A stretch of 64,000 nucleotides of DNA. Origin: a virus. The DNA is taken from positions 128,001 to 192,000 of IMG/VR virus record IMGVR_UViG_3300045988_176357; one strand, given 5' to 3'. The position numbers and the translations under genes were made by a program. A model generated the notes under the pieces. The model had not been told where the DNA came from. It made no database searches and saw only the letters and a program-made list of their open reading frames with translations. Below, one piece after another: positions 51,996 to 61,271 of this stretch (the stretch's first letter is position 1; each line of letters opens with the position of its first letter).

Positions 51996-53661
51996 TAACA
52001 ACCTCCATTGAGGAGTGATCCTCAATGCAAAGAAAGTGAATTGCTAATAGATCCCAAGAGTCTCACGACGCCTTTAACAAGGATCGAAAGAGAAAACAAA
52101 GAAGTGAGGATACCGCAAGGCGACAGTAAGCCTAAACGGGAGTGACAACGGACGTTTAGCAGCCGAGCCTTGTATCGAGAGATACCCGGTACAAGGAAGG
52201 TTCATCGACTAGGACATCGTGTCCGTACCCGAGCAGCCGTGTGCGTGATAACGCACGAAAGCAAGGGGAAGTACTCTGGCTCAGGAATGAGTCAATGAAA
52301 TAGTCAGTGCTTCATGGAAACATGAAGAGTGGTCAGGAGTGACAACCTGAAACCTGCTACTGGGCGGCAACCGGTAGTGAACAGAACCATGGACTTCAAT
52401 TGTATTGTTATTTCGTCAAGTTTTATTTACCGTTTTGATCTTTACAGAACGGAGTTATAATACTCTCAGTAACTGGAGAACACTTTGGAACCAAGAGCAC
52501 ACATAATCAGATTGTACCCGACAAGGGCACAGGAGAAGCAGCTGAAGAATACCATCGGCTGCGCTCGTTATGCGTACAATTGGGCTCTCGAGAAGTGGCG
52601 GGAGATGTATGCCGCACATGATAAGGACAAGGCTTCTCCAAAGCCAAGTGCCTTGAAGCTGACCAAGTTATGGACTCAGGAGAAGCCTGACTGGGCACAT
52701 GAGACAGCTTATTGCAGCCAGCAAAGAGCGATACATAACGTAGGCGTCGCTTATCAGCGCCTTTAGAGGGGCTTATCGGCGAAGCCGAAGTTCCATAAGA
52801 AGGGCGGCAAGGAGACGTTTTACGTTGATAATGCGAAGGTCGCATGGTACGGCAATAGAATCCAGTTGCCCGACATCGGACGTGTCCGCGTAGCGGAGCA
52901 GATCCGTTTCGAGGGCAAGGTAATGGGCTACACAGTGTCCCATTATGCCGGACAGTGGCATCTCATAGCTCAGGTCAACGCCGAAGGTGATGTGAAACCT
53001 TATTGTGCCAATCCAGAGTCCGTCGTCGGTATCGACGTAGGACTTCTGAATCCTGCTGTAGCCTCCGATGGAACCGTCTTGGAGCTCCCTATTGAGAAGC
53101 TTCAGAAGCTCGACGCCAAACTCAGGCGACAGCAGAAGGCACTCTCCCGTTCACAAAGAAACTCCAGAAACCACGCGAAGCTTCTCATAAAGAAGCAGCG
53201 TACACAGAATAAGATCAACAACATCCGTAAGGATGCAGTACATAAGTTCACGACCACCATTGCCAAGAGCCACGGCAAGGTAGTCATCGAAGATCTGGAC
53301 ATCCAAGGAATGAAGGATAAAGCTCCTTCAAGAGCCGTCAGAAGGGCGCATAACAGTTCCCTCATGGGCGCCATCCATCGGCAGCTCTCCTACAAAGTCC
53401 AGCACCTGATCAAGGTGAATCGCTTCTTCCCGTCTTCCAAGACCTGCAGCAACTGCGGGCACATAAGGAGCGCCCTTGATTTAAGTGAACGTACATATCA
53501 TTGCGACCACTGCGGAGCGGTCATCGACCGCGACCTCAATGCCGCAATCAACTTGATGAAATCAGGGCTGGTCGAGCCCGAAGCGTCTGTGGAGCAAGTC
53601 GGTACCGACTTGCGTCGAAGCAGAAAGTACAAACGGATGCAATGTCCGTAAGTTCATGACA
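51996..53661 (+). mobile_element. IStron E (copy of IStron A, ~97% identical) splitting the multi-beta-grasp gene
   Basis: Same 5' flank gaggct|taacaacctcc and same 3' end catgaca|g. Confidence 0.8.
52485..53651 (+). pseudogene. tnpB: tnpB with the same in-frame TAG (52765) as copy A
   Basis: N-terminal 93 aa identical to 2658-2939. Downstream part ~98% identical. Stop replaced by CGA, so a 15-aa longer tail. Confidence 0.75.
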
Positions 53662-54069
53662 GATTTCCTTATGTCTAATTATCCGGACTCCATTGTACTT
53701 GGCATCAATGGTGTCAGGGTAGATCCTGAGTTCTATGTGCCTGTTCTTGATGGCTTCACCCTGAACAGAGATACTGTGCTGATTGTGAAGGCCAGCCCGA
53801 AGATGACAGTGCACTGTTACTCCGGACATGTCGAGCCAAGCCTCTACTGCACATCTTATAAGATGAATTACGACAGTACCGTACAGGACTTGCTTAAACT
53901 GGTACAGAAGGACTTCGGCAATGAAGACATACGCGTGACGCAGATTGATCTCAAGGACGTACCGGAAGACTTTATGCAGGTTATCCTGGCAGGCACGTTT
54001 ATTACAGAGCAAATGGTTGTTACTTTCAATGAGCTCAATGGAGCGGGAAAGGCACGCAAGACACTGTAA
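53662..54069 (+). CDS. Multi-beta-grasp protein exon 2
   Basis: DFLMSNYPDSIVLGINGVRVDPEFYVPVLDG...VQDLLKLVQKDFGNEDIRVTQIDLKDVPEDF...VTFNELNGAG. Same unit as in exon 1. In frame with exon 1. Confidence 0.55.
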   Translation, partial: DFLMSNYPDSIVLGINGVRVDPEFYVPVLDGFTLNRDTVLIVKASPKMTVHCYSGHVEPSLYCTSYKMNYDSTVQDLLKLVQKDFGNEDIRVTQIDLKDVPEDFMQVILAGTFITEQMVVTFNELNGAGKARKTL

Positions 54070-54095
54070 AGCAAGGAGATCAGGCGCCCTGAGAT

Positions 54096-54632
54096 ATGGG
54101 CGCCTTTACCATGGAAACATATACGCCTAAAACATTCACATTTGATATTCCGATAAGGGCAAAGGCAGTACAGAGCACACGCTTTGCCAGAGGCCACTCT
54201 TTTGTCGACGCAAAGACAAAGAAATGGAAAAAGGCTGTCGGAGACTGTATCAAGTTACACGCTCCAGATGTACCCAGCGAGCTTCCTTTTGAGGTCGTAG
54301 AGGCGGTATACACATTCAAGCTGCCTCAGGCACTGACAAAGAAAGCTCGTGCTCGCATTGAAGGTGCATGGGCCAGAGGAGAAGATGTCGCGTACATCAG
54401 CACACCGGACCTCGATTCCAACATAAACAAGGGTCTGTCTGACCTGCTCACCGACATGGGCGTGTGGGCAGATGACAGGCGCATGTGGCGTGTGGCAAAG
54501 GACGCTGTCATCAAGAAAGTGTACGGAAAGGTGGACAGCATCCGCATCACAGTAAGAGAGACGCCATTTGTTCTTCTGAGCAACGGCAAGACAGCCTTGG
54601 AACACTTCTATGGACATCCTGGAACTGCGTAA
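54096..54632 (+). CDS. rusA: RusA-family Holliday junction resolvase
   Basis: ISTPDLDSNINKGLSDLLTDMGVWADDRRM matches the RusA D-x-D-N...K...D-x-L...DD core. Confidence 0.6.
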   Translation: MGAFTMETYTPKTFTFDIPIRAKAVQSTRFARGHSFVDAKTKKWKKAVGDCIKLHAPDVPSELPFEVVEAVYTFKLPQALTKKARARIEGAWARGEDVAYISTPDLDSNINKGLSDLLTDMGVWADDRRMWRVAKDAVIKKVYGKVDSIRITVRETPFVLLSNGKTALEHFYGHPGTA

Positions 54633-54886
54633 ACGGCTGCACGAAATGCTCGACCCGTTGTGGCAGACAGGTCAGTACAGACGCGATGATCTGTATCAGG
54701 AGCTCAGCAGCCTGCTGAAAAAGGATGCACATGTGTCCAAGATGACTGAGCAGGAGATATCAAAGTGTGCGGAATATCTTGCTGCCAGAACAGCTGTAGC
54801 GTATCCATGCTACAGATGCGTCCACCATATAACAGACATCAATAACATACCAGTGTGCGCTAAGCACATAGAAAGGGGGAATCGTT

Positions 54887-56104
54887 GTGAGCGTTTCTGC
54901 GCTTCAGAAAATTTTCGATCAGGCACTTACAACAGCAACCGAAGCACAGTATTGGGTTGACAGCGGCCAGAAGTGGCAGTACTGCAAGACGTGTATCTAT
55001 GCAGTGCCCACGCAGACAAATGACAGCAGGCCCACAGCTTTTGCGAACAAGAAAATGAATGCCAACCTGGCAGCCAATCCTACGCTGTGTTATCCTGAGA
55101 ACATGGTAACGCAGGTATGTGAACTGACAGGAGAATACACAGACTTTATTTTCGGAGGCGGCTTTGTTGTTGCTGCAGGCAAGGGCAGCATAAGGCACGA
55201 GCTCTTGAATGACCTTCCCATAAGGCATTACAAGTTCACACAGCCACGTGCATTTTCATATATGCAGGAACATGGCGGCATGCTGTGTGTTGTAAAAACC
55301 ACAGGTTTTCCAATCGTAAGGCTGATGGAAGGCGACGAGATGCTGTTCGTACTGCCTGCATATGAGAAAGAAATCGAAGATATCACATTCGAACATGAAG
55401 GTCGACAATACAAGTGCATAGGCTGGATCGATGACACAAGAAGCTATGCAAGAATAGAGGAGGTAACAGTGGCAGATTTCTCAAATCTTATCGGGCTTGG
55501 CAACAAGCAGGTAGCCGAGGTTCTCGGGGAAACACAGGAAACTTTGCAGGAGCAGGGCGTCATCCCGTCTGATTCCGGCAGCAGTGAAATGTCCTTCGCA
55601 AAGGATAAGGATGCGATGCTGAAAGTACTCAACAGCATTCCGACAGGCGCAAACAGAGCTCGCAAGAAACCTGTACAGGAACCAGAGCAACCCAAACAGA
55701 CAGAGAAAGAAGATCCTGTCAAGGACTTCAAGCAGGTTGAAGCAGGCAAGGTGACAGGCACGATTGTCACTTCAGTGCCTTCCGACTCTGCAACACCTGC
55801 CGAACAGGCAGAAGCACCTAAAGCAGAGCCTAAGGCTGAACCTGTGCAGGAAGAAACAAAGAAGAGCACACGCAGGAAGACACCTAAGGGAAAGTGCACG
55901 GATCTTACAGACATCATTGAACAGGTTGCACAGGATGTTCCTGAAGATATGCCTGTCGAAGATGTGCTTAAGGAAATCAGACAGCTCAGAGACCTGATGA
56001 TCGCGGCTTCAAGGCGCTCGGCGAATCTTGCTCTGAAGTATCTCGACAAAGCGTCTGACGCTGAGATCAAGATCACGCAGCTCAAGGAATTGCTTAAATG
56101 CTGA
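54887..56104 (+). CDS. Hypothetical protein (405 aa) with basic/acidic C-terminal region
   Basis: ORF. Confidence 0.45.
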   Translation: MSVSALQKIFDQALTTATEAQYWVDSGQKWQYCKTCIYAVPTQTNDSRPTAFANKKMNANLAANPTLCYPENMVTQVCELTGEYTDFIFGGGFVVAAGKGSIRHELLNDLPIRHYKFTQPRAFSYMQEHGGMLCVVKTTGFPIVRLMEGDEMLFVLPAYEKEIEDITFEHEGRQYKCIGWIDDTRSYARIEEVTVADFSNLIGLGNKQVAEVLGETQETLQEQGVIPSDSGSSEMSFAKDKDAMLKVLNSIPTGANRARKKPVQEPEQPKQTEKEDPVKDFKQVEAGKVTGTIVTSVPSDSATPAEQAEAPKAEPKAEPVQEETKKSTRRKTPKGKCTDLTDIIEQVAQDVPEDMPVEDVLKEIRQLRDLMIAASRRSANLALKYLDKASDAEIKITQLKELLKC

Positions 56105-56736
56105 TATCCGATCTGCAAAGGGCGGTGACGCGCAGTGCCTTACAGCGTAACGACTATATGCTGCAAGACATATCTATGCTACCTGAGGTTAACAGTGAAG
56201 TCATTGCACCGCGTTCAACAGCGGTACGCTATATGACCAGATATGAGCACATAGATTTTAGTTCTGCCGACGATGGTCCAGGGTGCGTCATGATCCCGCA
56301 TGAACAATATCTTCGCATAGGTGAAAATGGGCAGTTCACATTGCTTGATCAGCACATACCAGAGAGGCGCTACATTGAGTTCGGCGACAACTGCTTTTTC
56401 AGTATGTACAGTGTAACTGAGCATGCCAAGAATGTTGTCATTACCGGTAAAAATGACTGCAGTGTCATAATCAAAGACCGCTTGTGCGATGATTTTCGGC
56501 TGGAAGGCGACAGTTATGTATGCAAGATCCTGAGGGAAGATTTAACAATAATAGTAGTGTTGAAAGGAACTCTGACAATGACTATAGATGGGGAATCCTT
56601 GATTTTCCCCGAGCATACGAGACACACGTTTTATCCTGGTTTTATAGATACTGGTAAACTTGATGCGGTTAAAGTCCGCATAAATACTGATCTCGGCATG
56701 CAGAGAGCTGAAAATAACAGGTTCCGCTATGCCTAA
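56098..56736 (+). CDS. Hypothetical protein
   Basis: ORF. Confidence 0.4.
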   Translation: MLISDLQRAVTRSALQRNDYMLQDISMLPEVNSEVIAPRSTAVRYMTRYEHIDFSSADDGPGCVMIPHEQYLRIGENGQFTLLDQHIPERRYIEFGDNCFFSMYSVTEHAKNVVITGKNDCSVIIKDRLCDDFRLEGDSYVCKILREDLTIIVVLKGTLTMTIDGESLIFPEHTRHTFYPGFIDTGKLDAVKVRINTDLGMQRAENNRFRYA

Positions 56737-57316
56737 TGCTGAACACGAATCAGATCGGCACAGCAGCAACCGGCAATCCGAGATGCCCATAGAGCTGTAT
56801 GATCCAGACTATCCAGAAGGTGATCCTGAAGAGGCGGCCAAGGCCAGAATAAAGAACGAGGATCTGGTGCGACAGCTTACAGCAGCCAGGTCAGAGTTCT
56901 GCGGCATAGGTACGAACAAGGTCAAGAGACGCCTCAATCGGATTGCTGTCAGAGATCCCGATGCTATGTACGTCAGAAAGCTCCTCGAAATAGAGGACAC
57001 GAATATACGTGCAAAGCAGTGCAGCAAGTATAAGTACAAGAACAAGATATACGGCACTAAGGAATATCTGCTGAAGGAACTTGTGGCATTCTGCATAGAG
57101 CACAATTATGTGCACGGCATGCAGGAAACAGATAACTTCAGTACATCCAAAGTGCTGTACTTTGAGCTGCCCGACGGCACTCAAGTGTCTTTCCACTGCA
57201 ACGATGCCAGAGCCAGACCCTATAAAGGTACATGGGACGGTCTTGTGAACTCGACGCTGCCCAAGCTTGAAAAGTACATAAGGCAGCACTACGGAAAGGA
57301 ACTCGATGTCCACTAA
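56729..57316 (+). CDS. Hypothetical protein
   Basis: ORF. Confidence 0.4.
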   Translation: MPNAEHESDRHSSNRQSEMPIELYDPDYPEGDPEEAAKARIKNEDLVRQLTAARSEFCGIGTNKVKRRLNRIAVRDPDAMYVRKLLEIEDTNIRAKQCSKYKYKNKIYGTKEYLLKELVAFCIEHNYVHGMQETDNFSTSKVLYFELPDGTQVSFHCNDARARPYKGTWDGLVNSTLPKLEKYIRQHYGKELDVH

Positions 57317-57833
57317 CCTGGAAAAGGAAATAGCAAGACTCGATATCAGGCAGCAGCCTGTGGACGGCCTTGAAATTGCCCCTGGCTGTGTGCGCACTTC
57401 AGGCGGGTTCGTTATTCGAACACCAAAATCCAAGCTGAAGAAACAGACGATAAAACAGCAGACACAACCGGAGGCGCCGGTAACCAAGACTGCAACACGG
57501 TCTGTGCTGCCTGCACCTGAACCCGCAGCTCCTGTACATGTGCAGACCGAGACGCGTCCTGTGTACAGAGAGCCTGAACAGCAGGTCACTTTTACTACTC
57601 CTGTAGGAAGCATATCCGGCAAGTACTGGCCGGTCATAGATGCAGGTGACTATGTTGTTCTTGGGCTGACGGAGCAGTCGTTTGTTCCGTCCACGTACAA
57701 GGATGCGCCTGATATGAAGCTGCAGTTAAAGTCCGGCAAGATGGATGCTTGTGTTGTTTACACAGGCTGCAGGTTCACTGATCCTGATATTGAGAGAGAA
57801 TACATTGTAATGCTGAAGGTAAACAATGCTTAA
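57306..57833 (+). CDS. Hypothetical protein
   Basis: ORF. Confidence 0.4.
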   Translation: MSTNLEKEIARLDIRQQPVDGLEIAPGCVRTSGGFVIRTPKSKLKKQTIKQQTQPEAPVTKTATRSVLPAPEPAAPVHVQTETRPVYREPEQQVTFTTPVGSISGKYWPVIDAGDYVVLGLTEQSFVPSTYKDAPDMKLQLKSGKMDACVVYTGCRFTDPDIEREYIVMLKVNNA

Positions 57834-57989
57834 CAAACAAAGTAACAAAGGAATTCCCTGCACATATTGTGACGAGAAGGCGCTGCCGGATACGCAGCCG
57901 CCAGTGTGTGCAAAACACAAGGGAATCAAGAAAAAGGCTTCCGGAGCGGTAACGCTTAAGGAACTCGAAAACAAACCCGCAGGTCAATA

Positions 57990-58380
57990 ATGTTGGCATA
58001 CCTGACGGTCGTAGGCACTCTGCTTATCATATGGATACTCGCAGCACCTCTGTATTATTGGATCGCTGCAGGCATAGAGTGTAACGCAAAATACGCTTCC
58101 GCAAGGGAGCGCAGAGAAGCGGAATACGCATACATGAACGAACAGTTCAAGCTGTTTGAAAATGCTGTCCGCGATGAAGCTGATAAGCGACTGTCAGGTC
58201 TTGACCGGGAACAAGACAGCCGCCGCAATGCTTTAATACGTGCCAATAAGGCGCACAAAACACAGAGCAATAAGGTGTACCAAGGTAAACAGGATAAGGC
58301 GTACTCAGATAAGGCGCACAAACAGAAAAAGCATATGCGGCAGCTGCCCAAACCACAGAAACAAGGAAAGGGCAACAATG
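57990..58380 (+). CDS. Small membrane protein (3' end uncertain, overlaps thyX frame)
   Basis: N-terminal TM helix LAYLTVVGTLLIIWILAAPLYYWIAAGI. Confidence 0.3.
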
Positions 58381-59181
58381 CTGGTAAAAAGACCAAGTGC
58401 AGCAATAGTAAACGAACCGGACATCTTCCGGCAGATGGAATACGCGGGCAGGGTGTGCACAAACACTCTGCACAGAATGGACGAAAACAAGGCGCTCGAC
58501 TTTGTAACAAAAAGGGCGCAGACAAGAGAGTTCAGCGTTCTTGAGCATGCAGGCATCGATGTCACAAATGAGATGCCGAAGCTTGACCTGCTCGACGAAG
58601 ATTCGCCTGAATTCGGCCTTGTAATGTCCAGAGCGGTGCTGGGCGGTATCAGATGCAGCGACCTTGCACAATACAGCTCACATCACAGAGATCCGTCCAC
58701 ATGGGCAGACCTGCCCAGAGACCGTACAATTCTGACATTCGATGTTACATGTTCAAGGGCTACAGCTCAACAGCTCGAAAGACATAGGAACCTGTCCTTC
58801 TGTGAGAGATCGCTGCGATATGTCAAGCTGTCGAAGGATACCTTCGAGATGTGCACGGCAGATCCGGAAAGCAACTCCAATAACAAGGCATTCATGAAGG
58901 CGGCGGAAACGGCGCTTGACTGTTATCTCGAGCTGCTTGATTCGGGGTACTCTGCAGACGATGCAAGAAAAGTGCTTCCTCTCGGAACAGCTACACGTGT
59001 CGTAGTCACTGCCCAATGGTCATGGTGGTTAGACGTGCTCAGCAAGCGCTACCACAGACGTGCGTCCAGAGAGATGATCCTGCTGATGCAGGAACTGTAC
59101 AAGCTGATGCCTGAGCAGATCAATCACGTCGTCGACAACAACTTGCAGAAGCAGTTCGACGAGGCCGACAGGTATGTTTGA
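58378..59181 (+). CDS. thyX: Flavin-dependent thymidylate synthase ThyX
   Basis: LERHRNLSFCERSLRYV = ThyX RHRx7S motif. aaggaaagggcaacaATG start. Confidence 0.7.
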   Translation: MLVKRPSAAIVNEPDIFRQMEYAGRVCTNTLHRMDENKALDFVTKRAQTREFSVLEHAGIDVTNEMPKLDLLDEDSPEFGLVMSRAVLGGIRCSDLAQYSSHHRDPSTWADLPRDRTILTFDVTCSRATAQQLERHRNLSFCERSLRYVKLSKDTFEMCTADPESNSNNKAFMKAAETALDCYLELLDSGYSADDARKVLPLGTATRVVVTAQWSWWLDVLSKRYHRRASREMILLMQELYKLMPEQINHVVDNNLQKQFDEADRYV

Positions 59182-59527
59182 CCGACATCGTGATTTTGCG
59201 GTAGTCGGCAAACCCGGAATGTCAGGTCGTGTGGTGGGCGAAAAGTCGGTGAAACAGGAAACGCAGCCAAGGTCGCAAGACGTGCTAAGTGACATCAAGG
59301 CTGCGATGTTATCTGTCCAACCGACTGATATAAGTGCAGGTATAAGCAACCTGCCATTCACATACATAAAGAAACTTGCGTATCTGCGTTCCGTTGAGAC
59401 CTTCCTCAGCGCACAGCTCAACAGCGTGCGCAAAGAGATACAATCTATACAGGAAGACTCACTGCTGGATACAGACAATTAAAACATTCAGCCGGGTACT
59501 TATGTGCCCGGCATAAGGACAAACGAA

Positions 59528-60535
59528 ATGAAAACAGAAAAAGTGCTGAAGAAGAACGCAATCAAGGCCTATAAAGCCTTTAACAGTGACCTTACCTGCA
59601 AAGGCTTCCAATATGAAGTCGGGAAGGAATACCACCATATAGGCAAGCTTGAGCTGTGTGAGTCGGGTTTCCATGCCTGCCCAAAGCTGACCGACTGCTT
59701 CTACTTTTACCCATTCAACAAAACTAAAACCAGAGTAGCTGAGGTGCTGGTCTGGGGTAAAGTCGAGTACGAAGACAGAGGTAACAAGCTCTGCGCCTCA
59801 AACATCAAGGTAGTCAGAGAACTTGCATGGGGCGATGTGTTGTTTCTGTGCAACAGCGGCTACGGTAACAGCGGTTACGGTAACACCGGCAACGATAACA
59901 CCGGCAACTGGAATAGCGGTGACTGTAATAGCGGCAACCTTAACAACGGCAACAATAACACCGGCAACCGTAACTCCGGCGACTGTAATAGCGGCAACTG
60001 GAATAGCGGCAACTATAACAGCGGCGCCTATAATACAGGCGACTGGAACAGCGGCAACCTTAACAACGGCAACAATAACAGCGGTTACCGTAACAGCGGC
60101 GCCTATAATACAGGCGACTGGAACAGCGGCAACCTTAACAACGGCAACAATAACAGCGGCAACTGGAATAGCGGTGACTGGAACAGCGGACACTTAAACA
60201 CTCCGGCACAGAAATATACATTTATCTTCAACAAACAAGTTAAAAAGTCAGTGTTGGAAAGTACTGAGTTTCCGTCATTCATGTTCTTTGTTCTGACAGA
60301 GTGGGTTCCTGCCCGCGACATGTCACAGGTGGAGAAAGAGCAGCATCCTGAGTATGCTATTACAGGCGGTTACCTAAAGAGGTACGACTACAAGGAAGCC
60401 TTCAGGAAGTCCTTCGAGGAGGCAAAGCGACTCCCGGATTGGCCTGAACAACTTAAGAGACTGAAGGCGCTGCCGAATTTCGATGCCAAGATATTCGAGG
60501 AAATATCAGGCATCAAGGAAGAGGAACTTGTTTAA
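59528..60535 (+). CDS. N-S-G-N-x pentapeptide-repeat family protein
   Basis: First ~170 nt (59484-59650, including the upstream hairpin) nearly identical to 20652-20825. About 55 repeats. Confidence 0.65.
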   Translation: MKTEKVLKKNAIKAYKAFNSDLTCKGFQYEVGKEYHHIGKLELCESGFHACPKLTDCFYFYPFNKTKTRVAEVLVWGKVEYEDRGNKLCASNIKVVRELAWGDVLFLCNSGYGNSGYGNTGNDNTGNWNSGDCNSGNLNNGNNNTGNRNSGDCNSGNWNSGNYNSGAYNTGDWNSGNLNNGNNNSGYRNSGAYNTGDWNSGNLNNGNNNSGNWNSGDWNSGHLNTPAQKYTFIFNKQVKKSVLESTEFPSFMFFVLTEWVPARDMSQVEKEQHPEYAITGGYLKRYDYKEAFRKSFEEAKRLPDWPEQLKRLKALPNFDAKIFEEISGIKEEELV

Positions 60536-60550
60536 AGAAAGGAGGACAAA

Positions 60551-61009
60551 ATGATAACAGCAAGTGAACTTTATTGGATTTTCAGATGCGACAGCATACA
60601 TGACATGCTGACAGCAAGTCTTATCGTGCTTGGTATCGCATCAGCAATAGGTTGTATCATTATCTTAGCTATGTGCTTTAGCAGCCCCTGGGATGATGAC
60701 GTAAGGTCGTGGTTCGAACCTGACAGTGATACAAGTACCGAGCGTAAACAGATACTTACAGCTGTTAAGTGCGTTGCATGTCTGCTTGGTATTGTATGTA
60801 TGCTGGCTGTCGGCAAGATTATGCTGCCTACAACGAAAGAGCTTGTGCTGATAAAGGTACTGCCTGAAGTGGTAAACAGCAAGTTTGTCCAGGAAGATCT
60901 GCCCAGTGATATCCGTAAATTGTACACAGCAGCGGTACAGTCAACTTTGAATACATTGACAGACTCACAACAAAACACAAAGAAAGGAAAAGAATATGCT
61001 GACCATTGA
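60551..61009 (+). CDS. Membrane protein (2 TM)
   Basis: Hydrophobic helices IVLGIASAIGCIIILAMCF and VACLLGIVCMLAVGKIML. Confidence 0.45.
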   Translation: MITASELYWIFRCDSIHDMLTASLIVLGIASAIGCIIILAMCFSSPWDDDVRSWFEPDSDTSTERKQILTAVKCVACLLGIVCMLAVGKIMLPTTKELVLIKVLPEVVNSKFVQEDLPSDIRKLYTAAVQSTLNTLTDSQQNTKKGKEYADH

Positions 61010-61271
61010 CGACTATTTCGATAACTGCGAGAATCCCGACTACACATATAGCTGTCCCGAATGTGGAAGCACCGTTGAGCGCGATGACATTGAATGTCCC
61101 GAGTGCGGCTATCGGTTTGAAGACCCTGCAGATGTGTCAGAAATAGACGGCATGATATCTGACTCTGTCTCAGGTCAGCTGCTTGTAGACAGCGCATACA
61201 GTATGCCTGACAGTGAGGATCTTGATGATATCATGGATGACATTATGAAAGAGGCCCGAAATGAAGCATAA
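60996..61271 (+). CDS. Zinc-ribbon protein
   Basis: CPECGS...CPECGY. Confidence 0.45.
   Translation: MLTIDDYFDNCENPDYTYSCPECGSTVERDDIECPECGYRFEDPADVSEIDGMISDSVSGQLLVDSAYSMPDSEDLDDIMDDIMKEARNEA

Noticed and set aside
50916-52025. 369-aa minus-strand ORF
   Set aside because: Antisense to the beta-grasp-repeat gene. Cys/His/Arg-rich, junk-like composition.
58240-59181. Long N-terminal extension of the thyX ORF (start at 58240)
   Set aside because: The extension is Arg/Lys-rich out-of-frame overlap with the upstream membrane-protein gene. An internal Met at 58378 has a good RBS.
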